This document shows, piece by piece, positions 30,339 to 40,246 of a stretch of DNA of 64,000 nt. The translations under genes and the position numbers were made by a program. Within the stretch, counting starts at the first letter, position 1. Each line of letters opens with the position of its first letter. The DNA is taken from the IMG/VR virus record IMGVR_UViG_3300015607_002766; one strand, written 5' to 3'. The notes under the pieces are model-generated. The model had not been told where the DNA came from and searched no databases. It was given only the letters and a program-made list of their open reading frames with translations. Source of the stretch: an uncultured virus (IMG/VR IMGVR_UViG_3300015607_002766) (Duplodnaviria; Heunggongvirae; Uroviricota; Caudoviricetes).

Positions 30339-30926
30339 ATGAGATATTTAAAATATTTTGAATCAAGAGAAACTTCTCAAGAACTATTAGATAAGTATGC
30401 TGATGATATTGTAAAGGTTATAACAACTTATTATTCAACTCATACTGGTGACTTATGTGACCAAATTGATGAGATACTTTGGAATAGTTCAAATGTTGAT
30501 TTAGATGGTTGGGAAAACGATGGTGTTTTAACTGAAGAGATGATGAGAGGAGTAGTTGAAGATTACAAAGGCGCTTCTAATCGACTTATAGATAATTTAC
30601 TTGATGTTTATTATGATTGTAGATATTTTGTTAAACATATAAGTAAAGATTTAGTTGAAGATATAAAAGAAGTATTCTTAGAATATTCTGATATGGGCAA
30701 GGTTGAAGTATCTAAAACATCTAAATTTAATGATGATAGATATTCAGTTACTATAACAATGAAAGATATTTTCTTTAAGATTAATTTTGAAGAAGTGTTT
30801 GGTAGAATAAAAGATTTAGGCTTTGAAAGTTACGCTGTTAATGGTGTTAAAAACGGTAGTTCTGAGAATATGACTATTGAGTTCTGGAAACCTTTACCTA
30901 AAGATGATGAAGATGATGATGAATAA
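30339..30926 (+). CDS. hypothetical protein with MRYLKYFES N-terminus
   Basis: Late promoter ttaatatata upstream. Confidence 0.7.
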   Translation: MRYLKYFESRETSQELLDKYADDIVKVITTYYSTHTGDLCDQIDEILWNSSNVDLDGWENDGVLTEEMMRGVVEDYKGASNRLIDNLLDVYYDCRYFVKHISKDLVEDIKEVFLEYSDMGKVEVSKTSKFNDDRYSVTITMKDIFFKINFEEVFGRIKDLGFESYAVNGVKNGSSENMTIEFWKPLPKDDEDDDE

Positions 30927-30950
30927 AAAACCCACTCGAAAGTGGGTTTA
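30926..30950. terminator. bidirectional terminator
   Basis: aaacccact-cgaa-agtgggttt. Confidence 0.8.
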
Positions 30951-30956
30951 ATTTTT

Positions 30957-31928
30957 TTAATCTATTAGGTTGTTATCAACTCTATCTTTTAATTGTTTAA
31001 TTGCTCTTATCAATTCAGAGCCTGCTTGTGCAACAACTGGGTGACTAAATCCATTTAGAGTATTTGCTATATCATCCAATCTTCTGATATCACTTTCTAT
31101 TCCTTTTAATTCATTTTCAAGATCAGAGTAAATTTTACTCTTAGATGCTTCAACTAATTGATTTACGTTATTTTCAAGTCTTTCTTCTAATTCTTTAACT
31201 CTTTTACTATTAGCTTCTAACTCTTTTTCTCTCTTAGAAAGATTTGCTAAATCACTATCAATTTTAGATTGGAGGTCAGCGTACTTAGAATCAATCTCTT
31301 TAGCAGACATTAAAGCCGTCTTATCGAGATTTCTCTCTCTTTCATTTAATTCTTGAGATTTTTCTTGTATATCAATTTCCTTTTCAGTTAAAGCTCTGTT
31401 TTTAGCACGAATTTCATCATCTTTCTTTTCAAGTGTTTTAAGATCTAATTTAAATTCTTCTTCTCTTTTTTCAACACGTTTCATTCTGATTTCAATTTCA
31501 TCTTCTCTATCTTTGATTCTTCTATCTCTTGAATCAAGATCAGACTCTCTTCTATCTAAATCTCTTTTAAATGAGTTTAATTCTGATTCTCTTTTCTCAA
31601 CTTCTCTAAGTAAGTTTGGATCTGAAGAACCAGATGTTTGTTGAATAGATGACATCACCATCTCTTCAAAAAACGGTATTAGTTTTTTACCTAACTGTGC
31701 AGGTTGAGGCATTTTTTCAGCTCTCATAAATGTTAGTAATTCGGCTTTCCAGTCGATTACTTCAAAGAACTCAGGATTATTATCAATAATATCTTTGTCA
31801 ATAGGAATTAATTCAGTCTTTACACGATAGATATATTCTTCGAGGATAGTTCCAACTTTAAGAATAAATATCTTCTTATCAGGGCTTAAATACTGAAATT
31901 CCTTAACTACTTTATGTTTAATTTTCAT
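30957..31928 (-). CDS. long coiled-coil protein
   Basis: E/K/R-rich heptads. Confidence 0.75.
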   Translation of the reverse strand: MKIKHKVVKEFQYLSPDKKIFILKVGTILEEYIYRVKTELIPIDKDIIDNNPEFFEVIDWKAELLTFMRAEKMPQPAQLGKKLIPFFEEMVMSSIQQTSGSSDPNLLREVEKRESELNSFKRDLDRRESDLDSRDRRIKDREDEIEIRMKRVEKREEEFKLDLKTLEKKDDEIRAKNRALTEKEIDIQEKSQELNERERNLDKTALMSAKEIDSKYADLQSKIDSDLANLSKREKELEANSKRVKELEERLENNVNQLVEASKSKIYSDLENELKGIESDIRRLDDIANTLNGFSHPVVAQAGSELIRAIKQLKDRVDNNLID

Positions 31929-32000
31929 ATCTTGAAAAAAGAATTTACTCTATATATTAAAAATCTTTGTTTTTGTTTTTATTTTTGGTATATTTGTGAA

Positions 32001-32474
32001 ATGGTATATTTGAATAAAGAATATAATCAAATAGTTAACTTAGTTAAATTCAATGTGAATTTTAGTAAGTTTGTTCGTGGTAATGACCCATTGAGTCAAA
32101 GCCCAGACTATATTCTTGAAAAATATCAACACTGGATTGGATTTGAACCAACGGTTGATCATAAGATGTACACACCAGATGATATGACTGACTTTTTCAA
32201 TAAATATTGGAAAATTTGGAGACCAGATACAAAAAGTATAAATAATAAATTCAAAAATATTTTAATGTATCTTTACTCAACTCAAAATATGAACCTTTTA
32301 ACAATGGTTGAGAAATTTGAAGAGTATATTGGACCAGTGAATATGATATGTGATGTACCAGATAAAAGAGGATTACACCAACTAATGGATAAGTTTGTTG
32401 ATGAAGTTTTAGAAAAAAATAAAGACAATGTAAAAGTTGTTTTACGAGATATGAAAATTGGAAATATAATATAA
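32001..32474 (+). CDS. hypothetical protein with C-terminal tag (LRDMKIGNII)
   Basis: Start reassigned to the ATG after TATATTTG. Confidence 0.7.
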   Translation: MVYLNKEYNQIVNLVKFNVNFSKFVRGNDPLSQSPDYILEKYQHWIGFEPTVDHKMYTPDDMTDFFNKYWKIWRPDTKSINNKFKNILMYLYSTQNMNLLTMVEKFEEYIGPVNMICDVPDKRGLHQLMDKFVDEVLEKNKDNVKVVLRDMKIGNII

Positions 32475-32684
32475 GTAAGAGAACCTATCGCTGGTAGAAA
32501 TACTGGAGGAAGTTCGCGACTACAGAACCTAACACGGGAGAACAAGTAAAGAAATTGAAAGTTCATTTGTACCGAGGAAGTAGCAACACATACAGACTTA
32601 GGGTGTCGGTTCCCCTTTTATAGTCGGGTTGTGGCATAGATAAATGATAGGATAGAACAGAATCGCGGCTAAGCTCAACTTATT
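32471..32684 (+). ncRNA. rnpB: minimal RNase P RNA
   Basis: GGAGGAAGTTCGCGAC (CR-I), AGATAAATGAT (CR-IV), AACAGAATCGCGGCTAA (CR-V); terminal pairing ataagt..gag / ctc..acttat; about 210 nt. Confidence 0.8.
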
Positions 32685-32706
32685 ATTTTCCACTAATAAA
32701 ATATAA

Positions 32707-33246
32707 ATGGAACAAAAGTTAAAAGACTACACTAAAGGTAAAACTCATTATACTCCTATAATGAATATTATGATGAACAATCGTTCAGAGAATTGGTATG
32801 CTGAATTAGGTAAGTATATCACAGAAACATTAGATATTGAAAAAATTCCTTATCTAAGTTTCCTTGTTGATAAGATAAAAGAAAGAAAAGGTTTAATTAC
32901 AAAAATCAAAGACTTTATTAGCCCAGAAAGTAGAACTTATACATCTGTTGCTATTAACTTCTTAACAGGTGTTTTAGATGAAAAGGCTTTAGAAAATATG
33001 TTTGGTAAGCCAATTTTTCACGATGAATTTGGTGAAGGATTTGATGGTGAATATGACGAAGAGACTGATGAATATGCTGAACCAGAAATAAAAGAATCTT
33101 ACGCTTCCTACTTTGTAAATGTCCCTACTAAATTTTTACAACGTATATTTGCAAAGAATGATGATAACTTTTCGGATGAAGATGCAAAAAAATGTTTTGA
33201 GTCATTAAAAAAACTCGTAGATTTGTATAAAATTAAAAATAAATAA
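32707..33246 (+). CDS. hypothetical protein
   Basis: 179-aa ORF. Confidence 0.65.
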   Translation: MEQKLKDYTKGKTHYTPIMNIMMNNRSENWYAELGKYITETLDIEKIPYLSFLVDKIKERKGLITKIKDFISPESRTYTSVAINFLTGVLDEKALENMFGKPIFHDEFGEGFDGEYDEETDEYAEPEIKESYASYFVNVPTKFLQRIFAKNDDNFSDEDAKKCFESLKKLVDLYKIKNK

Positions 33247-33249
33247 AAA

Positions 33250-33717
33250 ATGAAATCAATTAAATTTTTGATGTTGGCTCTTGTAGTAACTATGTTAATG
33301 ACTTCTTGTAGTCAGAATTATTCTAATGGTGAGCGTGTTGGTATGATTACCAAATTCACAAAGAAAGGTATTGTTTGGAAATCCTGGGAGGGGCATTTGA
33401 ACGCCACTCAAACTGGTATGAACTCTGCTGAAGGCTTTGACTTCTCAGTTGATAACGATATCAATGATCCTGTTGTTATTGCAACATTGGATAGTGCTGC
33501 TAGTCTTGGTTGGAAAGTTAAATTAGAATACCACGAAGTGGCTGGCTATAACTGGTTTGGTAATCGTGGTGAAACAGATTACTTTGTTAATAAAGTTGAT
33601 GTGTTAGATAGAAATCCAGTTGGTAGTTTATTCGGAAGTGGTAAGTCTGATAATACTGGTAAAGTTATTGATACAATCTATGTTGTGATTGTACCAAAAG
33701 AAAAAGTTATTAAGTAA
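33250..33717 (+). CDS. lipoprotein
   Basis: Lipobox MLMTSC; YSNGERVGMITKF..KG..WKSWEG. Confidence 0.75.
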   Translation: MKSIKFLMLALVVTMLMTSCSQNYSNGERVGMITKFTKKGIVWKSWEGHLNATQTGMNSAEGFDFSVDNDINDPVVIATLDSAASLGWKVKLEYHEVAGYNWFGNRGETDYFVNKVDVLDRNPVGSLFGSGKSDNTGKVIDTIYVVIVPKEKVIK

Positions 33718-33930
33718 ATGGCTATAAGAAAAGGCGACAAGTTTTTATGTACCGAGGATGTAAATAATGTCTTCGGTATGCCTTTATTTAAAAAAGGAGA
33801 AACATATGAGGTTCTATGTGTTGATAACGAAAAGGTTAAAACATACATAACACTCAATCATATACTTTATGCCAATGAGTATATGGAACACGAATTACAA
33901 TGGATATTAAAAAGATTTAAACAACTATGA
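33718..33930 (+). CDS. small SH3-like protein
   Basis: IRKGDKFLC...FKKGETYEV. Confidence 0.65.
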   Translation: MAIRKGDKFLCTEDVNNVFGMPLFKKGETYEVLCVDNEKVKTYITLNHILYANEYMEHELQWILKRFKQL

Positions 33931-34382
33931 TAAACGATAAAGTCATAATGATTGTAGAAAATCTAATTCAATCAACTAAAAATGGAGAATTGGATTGGAT
34001 TGATAAAGGTAATCCTGATAAAAGAAGTTATCATCGTGAATATTATGCTGTTGCTGAAGATGGTACAAAATACGAGTCAGAGGTTAAATACACACTAAGT
34101 AACAGTGGTAATTGGGTATTAGAATCTTCTCCTTCTATATGGGTTAGAAGTGAGAAGCTACCAAATGGTGTTTTCTATATTTATGGAGGTCAGGCTGAAC
34201 TAAAAGAAATAATTTCTGAGTTTAGAAAAGTAATCATGGATAAATATTGTAAAGATATGAAACCATCTGAAAAAGTAGTTGAAGATGCTTTAGATAACAT
34301 TGCTAGAGGTATTAGTATATCAACTTATCGTGATAATAAGTTAAACAAGATATTAAATGTATTCGGATTATCTGGTAAATAA
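33927..34382 (+). CDS. hypothetical protein with C-terminal tag (YRDNKLNKILN)
   Basis: 151-aa ORF. Confidence 0.7.
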   Translation: MINDKVIMIVENLIQSTKNGELDWIDKGNPDKRSYHREYYAVAEDGTKYESEVKYTLSNSGNWVLESSPSIWVRSEKLPNGVFYIYGGQAELKEIISEFRKVIMDKYCKDMKPSEKVVEDALDNIARGISISTYRDNKLNKILNVFGLSGK

Positions 34383-34638
34383 TAGACTTTATCTTAAAGA
34401 AGAAATTAGTATTCAGTGTGCTGAGTATTCTGAACACAATGTCACTTGGTCAGGTATTCATGAATGGGTTCCGATAAAAGATTATATTGATATATTTTCT
34501 TTTGTTAAAGGTGGTTTTGTTTTTAACTATTATGGAAAACATTTTATCTACTGGTGTGATATGTCAATTTTTTTACAACTTAGATGTAAAACTAAATCTG
34601 AAGTAAGAGACGAAAGCATTGATAAACTTCTACAATAA
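34357..34638 (+). CDS. hypothetical protein with C-terminal tag (VRDESIDKLLQ)
   Basis: 93-aa ORF. Confidence 0.65.
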   Translation: MYSDYLVNNRLYLKEEISIQCAEYSEHNVTWSGIHEWVPIKDYIDIFSFVKGGFVFNYYGKHFIYWCDMSIFLQLRCKTKSEVRDESIDKLLQ

Positions 34639-35069
34639 TGGACTACAAACAAATACTTGAAGATATACTTGAACTTGATGAAAAAGTAACAATCATCAGA
34701 GGTTTTGGTGATGTTATTATAGATCCATCAAAGGCAAGAACACTTGGTTATTTACCAGAGGAAATGATTTTTAAAGAGTTCAAATCAGATAACTATTGGA
34801 TTGTAATGGGTAGAGGAACTGATGAACTAATAGTTGAAGCAATGTCAGAGGCTGTTTGTGAAGTTGAAAGAGAAGGTGAGTATGAGTTCAAAGCTATTCT
34901 TAAATGGGTGCCTGGTGACTACGATGAGCGTGGTTGTCCTACTATGAGAGATTATTTAGAAGTAGAACATATTGAGTTTGATTTTATACAAACATTTCAA
35001 CAAAGAGAAAGACAAGAAAAGTTAGATTTAGTATTATCTAAAGAATTAGAAGATTTATTTAAGTTTTAA
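34638..35069 (+). CDS. hypothetical protein with C-terminal tag (ERQEKLDLVL)
   Basis: 143-aa ORF. Confidence 0.7.
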   Translation: MDYKQILEDILELDEKVTIIRGFGDVIIDPSKARTLGYLPEEMIFKEFKSDNYWIVMGRGTDELIVEAMSEAVCEVEREGEYEFKAILKWVPGDYDERGCPTMRDYLEVEHIEFDFIQTFQQRERQEKLDLVLSKELEDLFKF

Positions 35070-35071
35070 TT

Positions 35072-35434
35072 ATGGCAAAAAATAGAAACGCAAAATACGA
35101 ATTTTTAAGTCATATCTCTAACAGAGAAGTGCTTTGTGCGCAAATACAAAAAGGTGAAGACTATGGTGATGATACAAATTTTGAATTTAATCTAACCACC
35201 GGTTGGACTAAAGAAGATTGGGACCAATTCTTATCTGATTTAGATTTTGAATATGATTCTGGTTATGGTGGTCAAAATTTGTTTGGTACTATCTGGTATG
35301 TAGATGGTACTTGGTCCGATCGTGGAGAGTATGACGGCAGTGAATGGTATGAATATCACATATGTCCTCAAATCCCTAAGGAACTAGATCGTTTAGATAA
35401 AGTTCGTGAAAAGAAATTAAATCAGATTTTATAA
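35072..35434 (+). CDS. hypothetical phage protein with C-terminal tag (VREKKLNQIL)
   Basis: YDSGYGGQNLFGTIW...RGEYDGSEW. Confidence 0.75.
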   Translation: MAKNRNAKYEFLSHISNREVLCAQIQKGEDYGDDTNFEFNLTTGWTKEDWDQFLSDLDFEYDSGYGGQNLFGTIWYVDGTWSDRGEYDGSEWYEYHICPQIPKELDRLDKVREKKLNQIL

Positions 35435-35488
35435 ATCCACCATTCTTGACCTTTTAATTTTAATATATAAATAAAAATTAAATTTAAA

Positions 35489-36085
35489 ATGGAAGAGAAT
35501 GAGAAAAAAGAGAAAAAGAGAAAGTACTATCTTGAGAATAAAGAAAAGTATAAAAAGTGGAGAAAAAAATGGCACGATAATCCAGATAATGAATCATATA
35601 AAAAAGAGAAACTCAAAGAGTGGAGAGAAAACAATGTAGAACACTTAAAAGAATATTCAAAGAAAAGGTATGATGAAAATAAAGAATCAATAAGCGAGAA
35701 TAAAAAAGTTTGGAGGCAAAAGAATAAAGATAAAATAAATGAATATAGAAGAAACTACCAAAAAGAAAGACTGAAAAATGATCCTTTGTTTAAGTTAAAA
35801 TCTTCTATTAGAAATAGGATAAATTTAAGCTTCAAAAGAGGTGGATTTACTAAGAAATCAAAAACAGGAGATATACTTGGTTGTAGTTTTGAAGAGTTTA
35901 GATTATATTTAGAACCTTTATTCACAGAAAACATGAATTGGGAGAATCAAGGAGAGTGGCATTTAGACCATATAATTCCAGTTAGTTTGGCTGAGACTGA
36001 AGAAGAGGTTATTAAACTTAATCACTATACGAATTTTCAACCATTATGGGCTGAAGATAACATAAGAAAAAGCAATAAAATATGA
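35489..36085 (+). mobile_element. HNH homing endonuclease
   Basis: K/E-rich helical repeats; ILGCS, MNWEN, WHLDHIIP, NHYTNFQPLWAEDN. Confidence 0.85.
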
Positions 36086-36351
36086 GTAAAGACAAAGCAC
36101 TTGTAAAAGAAACAGGTGAAATAAAAGAAGTAGAAAGTAAATATAGTGTTCAATATATCACTATGAGTTTTAATTTTGAGCTTGATGATAAACAAATGGA
36201 AGACATCAAAGAAATGACATTTGTTCATGATTCAGAGCCTCAAGAAGAAGGAGACTACTACACTCTTGATGATGGTAAAATATATCACCAAAAAGATGTT
36301 ATCGTTGGTACTGATGAAATTAGAGATCACAAATTGAAAAAAATTATATGA
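36082..36351 (+). CDS. hypothetical protein with C-terminal tag (IRDHKLKKII)
   Basis: 89-aa ORF. Confidence 0.7.
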   Translation: MSKDKALVKETGEIKEVESKYSVQYITMSFNFELDDKQMEDIKEMTFVHDSEPQEEGDYYTLDDGKIYHQKDVIVGTDEIRDHKLKKII

Positions 36352-36419
36352 GCACAAAATTATACAACGGAATAAAATTCAAATCAAACAATATTAAAGA
36401 GGTTTTAGACCAATTAATA

Positions 36420-37108
36420 TAGAATCAAAGTCCTCTAAAAAATACAAATATTATGATAATATATTTGAAATAATTGATAATGAAGAAAAAGCATATTGGC
36501 TTGGATTTTTATATGCTGATGGTTATGTAAGAGATAGAAGGTCAAGTAGTGAATTAAGATTAAAACTATCAATAAAGGATAAAGATCATCTTATAAGGTT
36601 CAAGACTTTCATATCACCGGATGATATACCTATTGTTAATGATTTGAGTGGTAATAGTAAGTGTGTTAAAGTATCTATCAATTCAAGAAAGATGGTTAGA
36701 GATTTAATCAAATTAGGTTGTACGAGCAGAAAATCAAAAACTATTAAGATGCCGAAAATACCAGATGATTTATTAAATCACTTTATAAGAGGATATTTTG
36801 ACGGTGATGGGTGGGTGTTAATTGATAAAAATAATAAACCATCTTTTGGTATAGTATCTGGGTCTAAAGAGATGTTGGAGTCGCTAAATAATGTAATAAC
36901 TAAAAATTCTATTATAAACAAAAACAAAGTATATGACTATACAACATATTATAACTTCTGCTATAAGTCATATACTGATATAATAAAAATATCAACTTTT
37001 TTATATAAACAAAGTAATATTTATTTAATAAGAAAGAAGGATAAGTTTGATGAAATATTAAACTTATATGAGAATCACAAAAACAAAAACTCAAAAAGAT
37101 GGAACTAA
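36420..37108 (+). mobile_element. LAGLIDADG-type homing endonuclease, 5' end lost or fused
   Basis: EEKAYWLGFLYADG upstream of the tracked ORF and HFIRGYFDGDG within it; preceded by an unrelated gene start MSTKLYNGIKF at 36348. Confidence 0.75.
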
Positions 37109-37899
37109 ACAATATATATCAAGGCGATTCGCTAGATTTGTTAAAAAAAATACCTGATAATTCAATTGATTTAGTTATTACATCACCTCCATACTCAACA
37201 CTTAAAACGTATATAAACGATGGAGGCATCTTAGCTGATGATTATGTTAAATGGTTTATACCTTATTGCCAAGAGATATGTCGTGTTATCAAGCCTACTG
37301 GCTCATTCATACTGAATATCAATGATAAGGTAGAAAATGGATTCAGACATCCTTATGTTTTTGATTTAATATCAGAGTTACACAAGCAAACAGAATTAAA
37401 AATGTTTGAAAGATTATTCTGGAACAAATTAAAAAGTCTTCCTAACAGAGCCAGATTTGGTGATAGAGTTGAGTATCTTTTTTGGTTTGCTAAAGAAAAA
37501 GGATTCAAGTTTAATCTTGATGAGATGAGAACTGAATACTCTGAGAAGTCTATCAAAAGAATGACTAAACCTTTGAAGAAGAGATTTGCCAGAACAGAAG
37601 GTGATGACAATATTGACTACAAAGACTGGGCTCCAAATCCTAAAGGTGCTTTACCAACAACTCTTATTAATATTTCATCTGAGTCTAAGAGAATTGCTGA
37701 TAATCACGTTGCTGTTTATCCAGTTGATTTAGTTGAATACTTTATCAAAGGTGCTACTGATAAAGGTGATTTAGTTTTAGATCCTTTTATGGGAACTGGT
37801 ACAACTGCGGTTGCTGCTAAGAAGTTAGGTAGAAACTGGATTGGCTTTGAACTACAACAAGATTATATCGATGTTGCGAATATAAGAATTGGTGATTAA
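37099..37899 (+). CDS. N4-C/N6-A DNA methyltransferase (beta class)
   Basis: DLVITSPPY...HVAVYP...VLDPFMGTGTT. Confidence 0.9.
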   Translation: MELNNIYQGDSLDLLKKIPDNSIDLVITSPPYSTLKTYINDGGILADDYVKWFIPYCQEICRVIKPTGSFILNINDKVENGFRHPYVFDLISELHKQTELKMFERLFWNKLKSLPNRARFGDRVEYLFWFAKEKGFKFNLDEMRTEYSEKSIKRMTKPLKKRFARTEGDDNIDYKDWAPNPKGALPTTLINISSESKRIADNHVAVYPVDLVEYFIKGATDKGDLVLDPFMGTGTTAVAAKKLGRNWIGFELQQDYIDVANIRIGD

Positions 37900-38181
37900 G
37901 TGGAAATAAAAAAGGTTTATTGTAAAAGAACTTACTTTGAAAAAAACACAAATGCTTATCCTGTAAATGGAAAAGAATATGGACAGGACTATGTTAAGTG
38001 GGCTTGGGGTAAAATCTATCAATGTCGTGAACCTAAAGACTATGAGAAATTTTCAACTTATTTGATAATAGAATCAGAAGTAAAAAATAGTTGGTGGCCC
38101 ATAAGTGAGCAAAACTTTAAGATATATTTTACGACTTTAGAAGATCAACGTGATAAGAAATTAGAACAAATATTAAAATGA
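37900..38181 (+). CDS. small protein with C-terminal tag (QRDKKLEQILK)
   Basis: 93-aa ORF. Confidence 0.7.
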   Translation: MEIKKVYCKRTYFEKNTNAYPVNGKEYGQDYVKWAWGKIYQCREPKDYEKFSTYLIIESEVKNSWWPISEQNFKIYFTTLEDQRDKKLEQILK

Positions 38182-38921
38182 AATATTTATCAGATACAGA
38201 AATACTTAATTGGAATAAAAGGTTAGAAAAGAGTGACTATAGTGTTTATCCAGCTACTTCTTACAGAAGTGGTCACCCAGATATTGTCTTTAGACAGAAT
38301 ATAAATAATGGTTATGGATTAGGTACTCAATTTGTTGAAACGGTTGAGCCTTTTATTCGCTATAAATTTACATTCTCAATAGCTTCTAATAGAAAATCAA
38401 CATTCTTTGATTTATTTGAAAAATTATCAAAAGAAGCACTTGGTACTAAATCTGTTTATCTTGATAAAGGCAATGAGAGAAAAGTATATGATATTGCTTT
38501 TAACGACACCGTTATTGAAAGTAAAAGTGAAGATAAACATATGGTTTATGAAAAAGAGTATATTAGATATACTTACAACTTTGCTGGTAAATTAGGCTCT
38601 ATCATGGCTTATATTTCTTACTTAGAAGATACTATCAATTATGTTTCAGAAATGTGGGGTTATAATGAAGATGGATCTGAAGTTTGTTTGTTAAAATATC
38701 CAATTGGTACAATCGTTTCTTTACCAGAAGATAAGTCTAAAGATTATTTAGTTTTAGATTATAGTTATAATAAATTAGATGGTAAATACTACATTGATTT
38801 TGTTGTTAGTGAAATGATGAATAGTAAAGGTGCTGTTATAAAATATGGTGAGATTTATACCTTTAATGAGTCTCAGTTATGTTACAGTCGTAACAGCAGA
38901 ATTGATGATATTTTAAATTAA
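38178..38921 (+). CDS. hypothetical protein with C-terminal tag (SRNSRIDDILN)
   Basis: 247-aa ORF. Confidence 0.7.
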   Translation: MKYLSDTEILNWNKRLEKSDYSVYPATSYRSGHPDIVFRQNINNGYGLGTQFVETVEPFIRYKFTFSIASNRKSTFFDLFEKLSKEALGTKSVYLDKGNERKVYDIAFNDTVIESKSEDKHMVYEKEYIRYTYNFAGKLGSIMAYISYLEDTINYVSEMWGYNEDGSEVCLLKYPIGTIVSLPEDKSKDYLVLDYSYNKLDGKYYIDFVVSEMMNSKGAVIKYGEIYTFNESQLCYSRNSRIDDILN

Positions 38922-38964
38922 TATTTGACAATTAAAAAAGTTTTACTATCTTTGTAAAACAATT

Positions 38965-39044
38965 GCGGGTAGAGTCTAATGCGGCGTGGAAGTCGCGGGC
39001 GCCTCTAAAACGTCTGGCACCGGGTTCAAATCCTGCTACCCGCA
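38965..39044 (+). tRNA. atypical tRNA with CTA anticodon (putative amber suppressor), no encoded CCA
   Basis: Acceptor GCGGGTA/TACCCGC; loop CT-CTA-AA; T arm GGG-TTCAAAT-CCT; enlarged D region; promoter tttg...tatctttg immediately upstream. Confidence 0.7.
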
Positions 39045-39047
39045 CAA

Positions 39048-39491
39048 ATGATAATTAAACGAGACGAAAAATTAATGGGTGACTTATACTGGTTTTGGGA
39101 TAAGTATGTTCATTATAAAACTAAAAGTCTTAGTGGAATGCCCAAAAGATTTGAGACTCAGTTTAATATAATGATAGCAATTTTTGAAGCAAAATATTCA
39201 GATATGTCAGGTAGATGGAATGGTCAAACCAAAGCTGAGTTTGAAAAAAATTACAAACGAGTTCAAGACATCGTTGATAAATCAGCTGGTGATAAAGACA
39301 AAGCAATTGCCTTATCACAAACTCAAGCCAATCGTATTTCAGATGAATTTAAAGCCATTAATCGTGCTATGGCGGCTAAAGCTCTTAATCAAGAACATAT
39401 TTTTGAAGTGTTCTTTCAAAGAGCATATGAACTTGGTTCAGTAAGTAAGCAAGAGTACCGTGAGTACAAATTAGAAAAGTTAGGTATTTAA
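39048..39491 (+). CDS. hypothetical protein with C-terminal tag (YREYKLEKLGI)
   Basis: 147-aa ORF. Confidence 0.7.
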   Translation: MIIKRDEKLMGDLYWFWDKYVHYKTKSLSGMPKRFETQFNIMIAIFEAKYSDMSGRWNGQTKAEFEKNYKRVQDIVDKSAGDKDKAIALSQTQANRISDEFKAINRAMAAKALNQEHIFEVFFQRAYELGSVSKQEYREYKLEKLGI

Positions 39492-39787
39492 TGAATCAGA
39501 TTATTAAAACTAAATTTCTTTGTAAGAATGGTAATAGAACTGCTCCGAGAGGACCACTTGATAGTATTAAATGGGAAGATAGATTTATCGAAGGTAAGTG
39601 GTATGATGGTGAATATGAAGTCTGGTCATTTGACCAAGGATATGAAATTAACGGTGGTTGGAGAAGATACTGGGTTATAAACGAGAAGGGCGTAAAAGAA
39701 GAAATATCAAGAGCTCGATTTAAGGTTATTTTTGAAACTGAAACACAACAATTAAGAGATAGAAAAATAGAAGATTTATTAAAGTAA
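39491..39787 (+). CDS. small protein with C-terminal tag (LRDRKIEDLLK)
   Basis: 98-aa ORF. Confidence 0.7.
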   Translation: MNQIIKTKFLCKNGNRTAPRGPLDSIKWEDRFIEGKWYDGEYEVWSFDQGYEINGGWRRYWVINEKGVKEEISRARFKVIFETETQQLRDRKIEDLLK

Positions 39788-39796
39788 AATAAAAAT

Positions 39797-40207
39797 ATGT
39801 ACGATTACGAAAACACACAATCATCAACCGCTAATATCCAAGTTTCAAAGGAATTTGTTGATATATTTTCAAACTTTAACGTGGTTTCTCAGGTTGAGAA
39901 AATGAAACAACTTACTAAACGTGAGTTGTATTTGCTATTAACAGTTTGCTTAGACAAGTTTTCTGATGAAGACCCGGTTGTTAAACATAATTTAATTCCT
40001 TTCAGAGACGAGTGCTTAGCCATCTTTGATGTTCAAGATGATAAAGAAGCAACTGACCAAGTATTAATTGATTTGATTGAAGAAACTGGCGATAAGTACA
40101 TCGAGACTGATAACATTGTTTATAATGACGAGAAGTTACCAGAGCCTCTAACTAAAGAGCAAGTTCGTGATGCGAAAATTAATATCATCAATGATGATGA
40201 TAATTAA
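39797..40207 (+). CDS. hypothetical protein with C-terminal tag (VRDAKINII)
   Basis: 136-aa ORF. Confidence 0.7.
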   Translation: MYDYENTQSSTANIQVSKEFVDIFSNFNVVSQVEKMKQLTKRELYLLLTVCLDKFSDEDPVVKHNLIPFRDECLAIFDVQDDKEATDQVLIDLIEETGDKYIETDNIVYNDEKLPEPLTKEQVRDAKINIINDDDN

Positions 40208-40246
40208 TATTTTTTACCTATATTTGTAGAATCTAAATAAAAAAAT

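Noticed and set aside
32282..32566. Minus-strand ORF over the RNase P RNA
   Set aside because: Better explained by the + strand CDS and the RNase P conserved regions
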